Shown: positions 12,201 through 23,714 of the stretch, piece by piece | Layout: every line of letters begins with the position of its first letter | Numbering within the stretch: position 1 is the stretch's first letter | Source of the DNA: Carcharhinus amblyrhynchos | Lineage: Eukaryota | Assembly (NCBI GenBank): GCA_965287045.1 | Contig: OZ336890.1 | Coordinates: 37,820,001-37,884,000, forward strand | DNA: 64,000 nt | Direction: 5' to 3' | Program-made: the position numbers and the translations under genes | The notes under the pieces: generated by a model | Seen by the model: the letters and a program-made list of their open reading frames with translations, nothing else | Databases searched by the model: none | What the model was told of the DNA's origin: nothing

Positions 12201-14682
12201 TAGGAGGCTTCAGTAAAGAATGAACAAGTCAGAGACAAGGTAGAATGGAAATTACTCAAATTGAACTAGGAATAAATTACAGTATTTGAATTTCCTTAAT
12301 GGATTTAGAGGCATATAAGGGAGATTTTCAATATTATGAAAAGCTTAGTGCATGATTTATTTTCTGCTGGTCGATGAATTGGTGACAAGAAAGTGTAGAC
12401 TAAGGATTAATATGAGAAAGATTGTCCTTGAGATGGTAACTGTGAGCCACTTTCTTGAAGTGCTGCAGTCTATCTGTTGTAGATACACCAACAGTCTACT
12501 TGGATGAGAAAAACTGTGGAACTCTACCTCTGTAGGAATTCATATCTGTAAATAAGAAGAAAAATGAAAAGGAAAGCACACTGAGGATATATGAGCATGG
12601 AATCCTTTATCATGTGCCCATTGAAACAATTACTACAACATCATTTAAAACAAAATTGATAAGTACTTGAAAAGAAACATTTAATTCCAGAGAAAGATAA
12701 AGGACAGGAAAAGACTACTGACAGTTCTGGCTGAAGGTTTGCACAAACAAATTTGTAGGAGGCCAAATATCTCCTTCTGTCCTTCAATTATCTAATTCAA
12801 CCATGTGCACTGGCAGACAAGGTGGGCAGACTTATGGGAAATCCAGGGCGACTCACTCTCAATTTTTTTGCCCTAGCATGTTCCTTCCTTATTTCTCATA
12901 GATATGAATTTCTGCAGAAGTTCCACAGATATAAGTTTTTTCGTCCAAGTAGAGGTGTTGTTGTATCTACAACAGAGAGACTGCAGTGCTTTAAGAAAGC
13001 AGCTCACAATCACCTTCTCAAGGACAATTAGGGATGGGCAACAAATGCTAACTTAGGCAAGGACACTCTCGTCCCATGAATTAAGAAGAAAATAACTGTT
13101 CTTCTGTGACAGTCCAGATCCTAAGTTTGAAAAGCTGTGTTAAAGTTCAAACCAAATCCAACTCAACTGACATCCACACTCGTGCAGAGGGGTTATTGGA
13201 GATCGATAAGTATGACCTCAGTTGATTTTCTCTTTTCTAGCCCAGGGACAATACGAACAGGTCATTATTCCCCCTGGTAAGACCAACCAATTTACTGCAA
13301 TGCAGCAATCAAATCTGAGACCTCTAGTCTATGTGTTTCAACTACGTGCTGTATTTATCAATTCGTTTTCAATTCAGTTTCTAAATTCCTGCTCCAGAAG
13401 TGTCTGCCATCTGTCTGCCTTCCTGTCAATCGGATGGCCACGACACAAATATATGCGCACAAGGAATCATAGCCAAAAAAATTGTTTACTCACATATTTT
13501 AGGGCAGAAACGGCCTTGGACTTGAATTGAGTTTTATAATTGGGTTGATTTTTTTGCTTATACTGGTTCAGCTTTTGTAAATATTTACAGTAGATGTCAG
13601 TGAATATAATGATGTTTTTTGGCTTGGTAGAAGTGACAGATCTGATGGGCTCTGTAGTTTGTTTTTAAATAAACATCAGGCTTCATAGAAAAGGCAAGAT
13701 TCGTTCATTGGTCTTATTATTTTGGATTCTTTCTTGATGACCAATTTGTGTGTTCACTTATTGTGGATTCAAGAATTGGTTGCACAAAATAAAACTGACA
13801 TTTAGTTGGTGTCAGCCATTTTAAGTAATTGGAGATTATTTTCTGTTGCTGCAGATAATCAGGACAAAGTTGCCTCAGACCAATTTTCTGGGCATAGTTA
13901 TAGGAATGAGAAAAGTTCTAAAGTTGATTTATTAGTGTCACAATAAGGCATACATTAACACTACAATAACGTTATTGTGAACATCCCCTCATTGCCACGC
14001 TCTCAGTAATGTAGTCTTTCAATGCTTGCTTGTAATTACACATTCACAAATCTTTCTTTTCTCAAAAATAACAAATTATAAATCCACTAAAATTGTTGCT
14101 GACCAATAGTCACAAACTTCAGGAGAGGAGGAAAAATAACAGAAACTAACTTTATTTCAAAGAAACTTATAGCACAGGGGAAAATAAATTTATCTTCAAT
14201 TGTAATCTGTATGGAAAATCATTATTTTTGCCTCACTTCACATCCAAAATAATGTTACTTATACATGAACATCTATGCAACAGGGTACATAATTGTAAAA
14301 TATAGGTATGTTAAAAACCTGACGGGTTTCTTCCAAACATACAAAAACAACGGGCAGGAAAAAGAGCAGTTGGTGCATCAAGCCTGCCTCATATTCGTAG
14401 TGCAAAGGGCTTCACGATGAGTAAGGACATTCATTTGTAACTTTTTAGTTACTCGCATTTTTAATCTTCAAACAGAAAAAACAATTTTATCAAGATAGCT
14501 GTTGCTAGTGAAAACACAATGAGGTTTACAGTACAGACAAGTATTTTTGAGGAATATTCCTCAAAAAGATTTGTGTGCAATGTAAATCTTGTATTTTTCA
14601 TATCAGTTGTACTGGCAGCTGCTGTCTTGATAAAATTCTCCCTTTAACTTTGCAGATAATAATCCAATCCCCTCTTGAATGG

Positions 14683-14873
14683 ATAAAAGCAAATTACTGT
14701 GGATGTTGAAATCTGAAACCAAAAGAGAAAATGCTGGAAAATCTCAGTAAGTCTAGTAGCATCTGAGCAGAGAGATGACTCTTTGTCAACTGGACTCGAA
14801 AGGTCAGCTCTTCTCTCTCCTTACAGATGCTGTCAGGCCGGCTGAGATTTTCCAGCATTTTCTGTTTTGGTTT
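14683..14873. mobile_element. Penelope family B hairpin relic
   Basis: Inverted arms aaaatgctggaaaatctcag / ctgagattttccagcatttt. Flanked by near-duplicate ctcttgaatgg / tttttgaatgg. Confidence 0.7.
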
Positions 14874-14946
14874 CCTTTTTGAATGGGTCGTTAGTGTGGA
14901 GTCAGCAATGGCAGAGCCACAAAGGACAAATATGGCCTCTTGCCTG

Positions 14947-15697
14947 TGTGATGAAAGTGTGCAAATTAAATGTATATATATTGTGTTTTTATTGTTTCAG
15001 AATGTTTAAAGTTCAGATTTCCTTTCCACAGCTAGACAGTATGTCTGCAGGGAATGCAGCTTGGATGCTGGGGAGCAGGATAATTATTCATTTCAGCCTT
15101 GTAAGTGATTATGTTAAGTAGAGTTAATGGACTTTTGTTTACTTAAGTTCCCCTGGGATTGCAGATTACAGTGATTGACAGGGTCATGTGATAATGTGGT
15201 TTATGTACTGTCCTGGATCTGTAAGAAAAGAAACAGTTTTTCCTCAGGAACAAGTTGGAGCTTGGCTGCTCTGGTTGAAGTTCAGGGAATTTTGCAGATT
15301 TCTGAAAGCTCTACATCTCTCTGAATGCTTCAAGGTTGCCTGCACACAATATTTGAGATTGCTAACTATATTTAAAGTGGGTTTTAAGTCTACAAAAAGA
15401 ATGTTGCTTATCTGGAACCAAAATAGTGAGCAGTTAGAAATTTGGAGTTGTTCCTTTTCATGTTTTAAGAGTGTCCAACTGTTAAGAGCTATGCTGTTTC
15501 ATTTTGTTTGAGCTATAGTTAAGCTGTTATGAATAAGCCTTATTGTGGTTGGTATTGAAAGATATCCTTAATTTGTGAGTGGAATTACTCCTGGAGCGAA
15601 GCATCCTTTCCTCACATTTACACCAAAATATAACATTTATTGGGGTCCCAGTCTGGCTGCATAATATATTTTGGGGGCTCTGGTCCAGGCCCTAACA
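14947..15697 (+). mobile_element. Solo LTR (751 bp, probably Gypsy-type)
   Basis: Starts TGTGAT and ends TAACA. Perfect 4-bp TSD CCTG at 14943-14946 and 15698-15701. A related copy lies at about 31106. Confidence 0.8.
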
Positions 15698-16062
15698 CCT
15701 GCGAGAGGCCATACTGGCTCTGCCATTGCTGACTCAACAATGAAAAGATCTACGTCAGTCCCATTCGAGAAAGATTGGATTATTATCTACAGGGAGAAAG
15801 TTAGGGAATGGTAATTGGTGCATTCATCATTCAGAGAACTAGCACAAACACAAATGGACTCCTGTACTATAACAATTCTGTGATTAGTCACCTGCATACA
15901 CTGCTGCAAGGATCTCAGGGTAAAAAGCACATGGGCATGACAAAAAAAAATTATTTCAGTTTAATTTGAACATTTTCATTTATTGCTCATAGAAATATAG
16001 TACTGGAAATGGGAGAAGTACTACTACACAGGATCATAAGCAATCCAACCAGAGTTGGTAAC

Positions 16063-16295
16063 AACAAAAAACAGAATATGCTGGAAATTCTCAGCAAGTC
16101 TGACAGAATCTGTTGGGAGAGAATAGAGCCAAAGTTGAGTCTAGATGACCCTTTGTCAGTTCTGACAGAGGGTCATCCAGACTCGAAACGTTAGCTCTAT
16201 TCTCTCCTCATAGATGCTGTCAGACCTCGTGAGATATTCCAGCATTTTCTGTTTTTTGTTTTAGATTCCAACATCTGCAGTATTTTGCTTTTATT
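16063..16295. mobile_element. Penelope family B hairpin relic
   Basis: Long inverted arms centred on gaccctttgtcagttctgacagagggtc. TSD-like agagttggtaac / agagttggcgac. Confidence 0.75.
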
Positions 16296-16634
16296 AGAGT
16301 TGGCGACTCTCATTTTATCCCATCCAAATATATCCATTCAAAAATACTGAAACTTTCTCCATTTCAGCATCAAATTAGTTTTTCCCCCAAATCATTCTTT
16401 AGATTCCTCCCGATCTGAAAGATTATTTAATACATTGATCATTCCCTGTGTGATACCTAGTCTAAATATGTTTTTACAGTCTTGACCTGTGTCCTCTTTG
16501 TTTAGCTCCCCGAATTCAGGGGATTTTCACAGTAACTTCATTGCAGTGTTAATATAAGCCTATTGGTGACACTAATGGATAAACTTTAAACTTCAAGGTT
16601 TTGCCCTTTCCAATTATAGAATGCACCTCCACTT

Positions 16635-17310
16635 GGGCAGCACAATGGTTAGCACTGCTGCCTCACAGAAACAGGAACTTCGGTTTGATTCCTGGCTTTG
16701 ATGTCTGTCTGTTGCGGAGTCTGCACATTGTCCCTGTGTCTACATGGATTCCTCTGGGCGCACTGGTTTCCTCCCACAGTCCAAAAGATGGGCTGGTTAT
16801 GTGCATCGGCCATGCCAAATTCTCCCTTAGTGTACCCAAACAGGCACCAGAGTGTGGAAACCAGGAGATTTTGCCAGTAACTTCATTGCAGTATTAATGT
16901 AAGCCTACTTGTGACATTCATAGAATCCCTACGGTGCAAGAAGAGGCCATTGGCCCATCGAGCACGCACAACAACAATCCCCCACCCCTCCAGGCCCTTT
17001 TCCTATAACCCCACATATTTACCCCCTAATTCCCCAACGCTATGGGGCAATTTAACACAGCCAATCAACCTAATCCGCACATCTTTGGCGTACAGATCGT
17101 GTTAGACTAGGGTGAGCACAGTGAGAAGTCTCACAACAACAGGTTAAATTCCAACATGTTTGTTTGGAATCACGAGCTTTGTTCCAGGTCACTCACCTGA
17201 TGAAGGAACAGTGCTCCGAAGACTTATGATTCCTATTGGAATTTAACCTCGTGTTGTGAGACTTCTTACTGTGCACACATTTTTGGACATGAATAAATAA
17301 AAACTTTAAA
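16635..17310 (+). mobile_element. Type-2 V-SINE containing a nested minus-strand HE1 3' piece (about 16918-17090) and a Penelope-A relic (about 17090-17275)
   Basis: SINE tail breaks at gcctacttgtgacat and resumes at gacatgaataaataaaaacttt. HE1 sequence cacatctttgg is repeated as cacatttttgg around the Penelope arms. Confidence 0.7.
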
Positions 17311-17498
17311 AAAAACATTTCTTCAGGACGAAAAGTCCAACCATCCCCCTACCCTTCCTCACGGCCCCAGACATTTAAACAGGTGGTATCAGAGGAACCA
17401 CTCTTTTCAATGGCCTGCTGCAGTTAACTGTATCAGACAGCCTCCCATTATGCACATCACAACAACATTCAAAGAAACCGAAAAGGAAATGCATTAAC

Positions 17499-17639
17499 CT
17501 GGCTTTTGTGATTGACTTTGACAAAAACTCTTCCTGAGTCCGTCTCATAACTCTGCCCTTGGCTAATACACCCGCCCCCTGCGTATCCCAGCTCTTTCAG
17601 AGCAACTGTATTCAGCTCCCTCCTCAGTAAACTCTCCAT
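17499..17639 (-). CDS. FN3KRP: Fructosamine-3-kinase-related protein, coding exon 1 (141 bp, 47 aa)
   Basis: [47 protein letters not shown] is close to human FN3KRP (MEELLRREL...[23 protein letters not shown], from memory). Donor GT at 17498. Confidence 0.95.
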
Positions 17640-17842
17640 CTTCAGCAGACTGCTGCGGGGACCTCGACAGGTAGATGTCAACCGAGCCGCCTGGTGCAGA
17701 TACGTAGAACCAGAATACAGGATTTTCCAGAATGGTGAGACGGGGAAATATTTAATTTCTGCACTCCAGGAGGTGTTGGTTAATTTTCTGGGGATCTGAT
17801 TTGAGAAAACCAGGCGCGACTGGAAGCCGCCGCCTAGGAGGA

Positions 17843-17910
17843 ACTACAAATCCCACAATTCACCAGCGAAAGGGGCAGGGAGCTGAAGTAAACTACAAGT
17901 CCCACAATCC
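17843..17910 (+). promoter_or_regulatory. Two ZNF143/THAP11 (ACTACAnnTCCCA) motifs
   Basis: ACTACAAATCCCACAATTCA at 17843 and ACTACAAGTCCCACAATCC at 17892. Confidence 0.85.
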
Positions 17911-18441
17911 CCCGCAGCGCAGGTGCCGCCGAGGACCCCAGCGGGTAGGAGATGTAAACAAGCAGCGCGGGGGAGGGGAGGCGGGGCTAGCCTATGATTG
18001 CCATCCAGAGTGCCCAATCGGGGACCAGGATAGCTGGAGGCCGGGCCCGCCCGCACGGGATGTCAACCAATGAGAGAAGGGAGGAGGGGCGGGGACGTTC
18101 TAGGGGGATGTTGAAACCGTCAGAGGGCGAAGCGATCGCTGGTGACGGCGGAGAGCTGGAATTTAAAGGGAGTTTTTAAAGTGGAGCTCGAGTAGATTGG
18201 AGAGATCGGTCGGTGAGGGGAGGAAGGAATCTGTGCGACAGTTCAGCACTAGTTGGAGGTGAGAAAGAGATGGGCAGGAGACGCAGGGTCTTTTCGCCGT
18301 CGAGCGGGCGGTGAATGGTTGTCAGGGTCGGCTCCCTGAGGAGGATTCTCCTCAGGAAAGTCGACGGCGGCGAGCTGAAACTTGTCTGATGAATTTCTAC
18401 CTGTTCAACGAAAGGAGCTGCCGCCAGTCCGCCGCCCCAGC

Positions 18442-18459
18442 ATGGAGCGTAGCCCGTGA
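18442..18459 (+). promoter_or_regulatory. uORF (MERSP*) just upstream of the RAB40B start
   Basis: agcATGG in strong Kozak context. TGA ends 4 nt before the main ATG at 18464. Confidence 0.55.
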
Positions 18460-18463
18460 GAGG

Positions 18464-18605
18464 ATGAGCCACAAAGGCAGCCCGGTGAAGGCTTACGACT
18501 TTCTGCTGAAATTCCTTCTGGTGGGTGACAGCGATGTGGGGAAGGGAGAGATCCTGGCCAGCCTACAGGATGGAGCCAGCGAATCACCCTATGGTTACAA
18601 CATGG
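18464..18605 (+). CDS. RAB40B: Ras-related protein Rab-40B, coding exon 1 (142 bp)
   Basis: [48 protein letters not shown] contains the P-loop [12 protein letters not shown] and ILASL favour RAB40B over RAB40C. Donor G|GTGAGT. Head-to-head with FN3KRP as in human. Confidence 0.93.
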
Positions 18606-18764
18606 GTGAGTAGTAAATACAAACCTCCCCTCTAAACACACAAGAGCTGGTAACCAGTACGTTCCTTTTTAAGATGTATTTCATTCATGGAGTTTCTAAA
18701 ATTACGTTACATGACTTAATGTAATAAGAAAATGGACTGCACAAAGTCAAATCCCCACTAGAAA

Positions 18765-18845
18765 AACAGAAATTGCTGGAAAAAAACTTAGCAGCATCTC
18801 TGGAGAAACAGAACGTTTTGAGTCCGGCATGGAACTCCAATGCTG
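18765..18845. mobile_element. Penelope family B single-arm fragment
   Basis: aaacagaaattgctggaaaaaaacttagcagcatctctggagaaacagaacgttttgagtcc matches the family B arm. Confidence 0.55.
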
Positions 18846-18908
18846 TATGTTACTGCATTTGTAACTACAGTTGATATTTACAACATTCATTGCATATCCA
18901 ATGTACAG

Positions 18909-18965
18909 TAAGAAGTCTGACAACACCACTGTGTTTACCCCAGTCCAATGCTGGCATCGCCACAT
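18909..18965 (+). mobile_element. Micro-Penelope family A insertion (about 57 bp)
   Basis: taagaagtctgacaacacc plus the tail, lying between 16-bp direct repeats catatccaatgtacag (18893-18908 and 18966-18981). Confidence 0.7.
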
Positions 18966-19004
18966 CATATCCAATGTACAGCCAGAGGGGTTTTCTAATC
19001 CCTC

Positions 19005-19246
19005 TGTGTCCTGTCACTGAAAGGTGGTAAGCCTTTCCCCAGTGTGCGTTTGTGGTGGCCACCCCAGGCTTCAGCACGTAGCCCTGGACCTTTCTCCAAA
19101 GGTGTGCAGGTTGGGTGCATTGGCCATGCTAAATTCTCTCTCAGTGTACCCGAACAAGTGCCAGACTCTGGTGACGAGGCGATTTTCAAGTAACTTCATT
19201 GCAGTGTGAACGTAAGCCTATTTGTGACTAATAAATGAACTTTAAA
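19005..19246 (+). mobile_element. Type-2 V-SINE 3' part
   Basis: ttggccatgctaaattctctctcagtgtacccgaacaag...aacttcattgcagtg...gtgactaataaa. Confidence 0.65.
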
Positions 19247-19764
19247 CTGGGAGCTGGCGACCAGTGTGTGTTAACAGTTTCAGACTTTAGACTTTCTTTA
19301 AGGAATTTAGAATTGAATCTCCTCTTCCCCTTTAGTTTAGTACCTATATTGATGAATGCAATCCATTTGTCCTTGACATTTTAATGTGCTTTCATGCTGA
19401 ATCAGAATAATTAAGCTAATAGATTTAAGTCTGAACATGTTTGAATTGAACATCCTTTGTACTGAAATCAAGTTTGATAGTACAGAAACATGTTAGTCTA
19501 ATTAACACAAAGTATGCTATGCTATTAATATTGTGGATGTTTTTGGTCCATGATCAATGTAGTAAAACCGCCCTTGAGCATTTTTCAGTGTTTTGAATTA
19601 ACACGAAGAGATTATCCCAATAGACAAAGTTTGTCTACTTTTCTTCATATCAAATTTGCAGTGAAACTATTTACTGTGAAGTATTACTGATGTATGTTAG
19701 TGGTTTGAAGACAGTTTGCTAGAATTAGAACTGTACAGGTATCTCGGAGAGTTATGGTGCTGGA

Positions 19765-20555
19765 GGCAGATGAAATAAAATGTGGAAAAGTGAGGTTATG
19801 CACTTTGGAAGGAGGAATGGAGACATAGACTACTTTCTAAATGGGAGAATGCTTAGGAAATCAGAAAGGTACTTGGGGATCGTTGCTCAAGATTCTCTTA
19901 AGGTTAACGTACAGGTTCATTCAGCAGTTTAGAAGGTAAATGTAATGTCAGCGTTCATGTCGAGGGTGCTAGGATACAAGAGCAGGGATATACTTCTGAA
20001 GCTTGATAAGGCTCTGGTCAAACCCCATTTGAAGTAGTGTGAGCAGTTTTGGGCCCCGTATTTAAGGAGGATGTACTGGTCTTAGAAAGGATCCAGAGAA
20101 GGTTCACAAGAATGATCTCTGGAATGAAGAGCTCGTCATATGAGGAACAGTTGAGGACTCTGGGTCTGTATTCATAAGAGTTTAGAAGGATGAAGGGTCA
20201 TCTTATTGATACTTGCAGGATACGGCGAGGCCTGGATAGAGTGGATGTGGAGAGGATGTTTTCACTAATAGGAAAAACTAGAATCAGAGGGCACAACCTC
20301 AAGCTAAAGGGACGATCCTTTTAAAACAGATACGAGGAGGATTTTCTTCAGCCAGAGAGTGGTGAACCTGTGGAACTCTTTACCGCAGAAGGCTGTGGAG
20401 GCCAGGTCATTGAGTGTCTTAAAGACAGAGATAAATTCTTGATTTAATAAGAGGATCAGGGGTTATGGGGATGAGAAAAATGTCAGCAATGGTTGAATTG
20501 TGGAGCAGACCCAGTGGGCCAAGAGGCCTAATTTTGCTCCGATGACTTATGGTCT
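19765..20555 (+). mobile_element. CR1 LINE 3' fragment, degraded
   Basis: Remnants of KCEVMHFG...ALVKPHL...QRRFTRMI...LYS.EFRRM and VVNLWNSLP, followed by a CR1 tail. Confidence 0.75.
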
Positions 20556-23500
20556 TTTTAGGGGTACAAATTAGGCATGAGGCCATATAAGAATTTAAAA
20601 AGAGTGAGAATTTTAATGTCATGATATTGCTTGACCTGGAGTTAATGTGGGTCAGTGATGCGGGGGGATGGAACTTGCTGCAAGTTAGGACACAAGTTGT
20701 AACATTTTAAGATGACCTCATGTTTATAGAGCACAGAATGGGGGAGTCAAGCCAGGTGTTTTTTTTGGAAAAGTGGAGTCCAGAGGTCACAAAGATTTAA
20801 GTAAGGGCTTCGGTAGCAGCCACGAGCTGACACAACCAAACACCCAATCAAACATCTCATTTTTTTTTGTGTGTGTGGTTCCTAGCAATCTGTTTTGTTA
20901 CAGACAGTGATTCAAATTCAGTGGAATATATTTGAAATGAATTTAGTTTTTGGTACCACCTGACGGACTTTTTATCTTCAGGCTTTTCACATTTTGGTCT
21001 GCCAACTATATTTGTATTCTTTGTTCAAATTGTTTTTAAATTGAAACAATTTCTGAATATCAAAAATTGGTTAAATTCTAACAATTTTACTTAAAACTGC
21101 AATTTGTAGAGATTGATCCATTTTGCATGTGTGAACTAAACCTAAGTAAAATAAAAAAGATCTTGCTGACATTTCTTTATTAAATTGAGGAGATAATGCA
21201 AACAAATGTACAATTGGTTGAGTGTACAGTCTTGCAAATTGACTGAAGGTTTGCAAAGTAAGCTTGTACGAACTGCAGTCTTGCAAGCTTTAAAAAAATG
21301 CTAGAAACATCAAGTTAGCCAGTATGCGTATAAATATGGTTTTAAAATATTTTTGATGATGTACGTCCCAGTTGAAGTAGCTTCTTAGCAGGGGTGAAGA
21401 TTTAACATGAAGTCACAGTAGAGAGAGCAAGAGATTCAGATTCTTGATGGTGATATAAGAGAATGCGTGTTGATATAACAAAATGCAAAATTTGCTAACT
21501 GTTATTGTGGTTCATGTTGGGAACTTGAACAATGTATTGGTTTTTTAAAGTTATGCCATTGAATCCATTTACGTTTATTGGTCTTCAATATGTCTTGAAG
21601 GAATTGTTGATAAATATTGAAATCAGACATAAAACATGCTGACAGCATCACACTGGGGTTCGGATTTTGGTGTCAGTGTTCATTCTACTGATAGCTGCCC
21701 CTGTGCATTTTGAGTTTGTCAGCAACAGCATATGGTCAGTAGGAGTCTGATAAATTGTGGCATCCTCGACAGGGAATCTGGGACTGTATGAACAAGGCAG
21801 CAACAGTGTGTAGAGACACAATCAGAACGAAGAATCCTTGCTTCAGAATGCAGAGTCTGACCCAGGAAGTTGTTATTAACTTGAATGTAAAATTGTGCGC
21901 GGAAAGCAAAATCAACAGAGGGAAAGAAAGATCGAATTAAGAGAGCGAGACAAAATGTAGGAGAACAACAGTGTTTTTAATATTGAAATGTGAAGGGACG
22001 AGAGTGCAATATTTTTATGATCCTTTGCAGGGGCTGATTTTTTTTTGAAAAGAGATGAATTTCCCAGGGACCTATAGAAAGGATCACAAAATTGTATTCC
22101 ATGTTTTATAGCTTACAATGGCCGATTGACCTTGGACGGGATTTTTCAGCCATAGGGTGAATGCAGCTGGAAAATCCCACCCTGTAAGTCTGTAGCAGTA
22201 AAGCCAGTTGACTTTTGTGTCCAGGTGTTAAAGCTTGCACCTTGCTCAATAGATTTTGACCTGGGCCCCTGACCCATAGCAACCAGGTCACAGGAACTTC
22301 TTTCTAAATAGAACTAGCCAGGAGGTCACATGTTTTGGTCCGCTACTTCATGTTACTGTGAATTAAAGGAGAGAGTTTAAGCTTAATCATGTTACAAAGC
22401 ATCACATTCATAACAAGATGTAAACGTAAAATTTCATTGCCAGAGAATTTGTTTGGCAATAAATAAGACTTACCATGCTATCAAACATTCACACGCGTGT
22501 ATGGACAAGCCCTGACATTTTCCCACACATTTTGTAGATAAATATTGCAACTTCATACCATTTGATTAACTTCAACGCTTCTGATCGAGTGAAGTTTGTA
22601 GACGCAACTCGCACAAAAACTCAGATTTACATTCAGATGCTGAAAATTGCTGTCCAATTTACTCATTAGTAAATCATGACATCCAAATGAACGTGATTGA
22701 CTAGCCAAGCCTTGGTATAACTTGGTATGAATGTTACCTTGCAAGCATTGCTCACATCCCAGGCCATTCCCTGAAATGCTTTGTGGAAGCAAACAAATAT
22801 CAAAAGCATCTGATTTTAATAGCAAAATAGTGTATCATGTGTTGACTTTTTATACTTCGGATAGTGACATGCATTCACTAAAAAGCATTTTGCTTAACCT
22901 GCAAATGTGACAGGTTCGTGTCATTCTGGTTGCTCTTTCAAGGCTTCATTCTGATACACAAATCAACAAGAATAGTCAGGTTGCTTTATTGTTGGTGCCA
23001 AATACAAGGCAGGGAACTAATAGGGAAGACCATTTTCCCAATTGAATTGAATATCAAATTTCATGTGCAGAGAGGATTTGGTAGTTAGCTTCTGAATCTG
23101 TACCTGTAAAAGAAAAATTCGAGGTTTACTTTTAGTGTCACTGCCTTTATTTGGTGCAGTGGAAGGAACTGTACTGTATCTAATATTGTGTCCTGCTCTT
23201 AATTCAGTATTTCTAATTTGTTTCTACGACCACCATCCCCAGTGACAAATGTTACTGTGAGGGAAAACACTTTAATTGCATTGTTAAGCAATTTTCATTA
23301 TTGAAGTTGATAAGGAAATAAAATTTTATGTGCCTACCAATAACTTGTACAGGAATAAAGAAAAACCTTGTGACAATGCTGAAAATAAATCTTTTCCAAA
23401 ATGTAAGGCAGTAAAATTCAGTACTTTAACTTTTTAACTGTAAATGAAAATAGAGAAAATATATAATATTGTTTACAGATAGTGTAGTAGCGTATGACAT

Positions 23501-23714
23501 AAGGAAGTGAGGTGAAAGTGACTGCCCTTGCCATCAATGCAGTATTTGACCAAACAAAATTGACGCCATGGGATAGTGTAGTAGCATCTAATGTGGAGAA
23601 ATAAAGTGAAAATGACAGTCCTTGCCATCAAGGCAGCAAAACTGATGCCAATAGGAATTGAGGAAAACTGTCCACTAGATAGAGTCATGTCAAGCACAAA
23701 GGATGTTAGTTGGT

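Larger units (their letters stand above)
17640..18463. promoter_or_regulatory. GC/CpG-rich bidirectional promoter and 5' UTRs of FN3KRP and RAB40B
   Basis: The divergent ATGs are about 0.8 kb apart. CpG density is raised, with GC boxes (gaggcgggg, ggggcgggg) and CCAAT boxes near 18014 and 18067. Confidence 0.85.

Noticed and set aside
17499-17639. Calling the gene FN3K
   Set aside because: [14 protein letters not shown] and LxAILKT match FN3KRP better, and so does adjacency to RAB40B.
18311-18388. Long N-terminal extension of RAB40B from GTG at 18311
   Set aside because: Non-ATG start in a GC-rich UTR with no Rab40 similarity.
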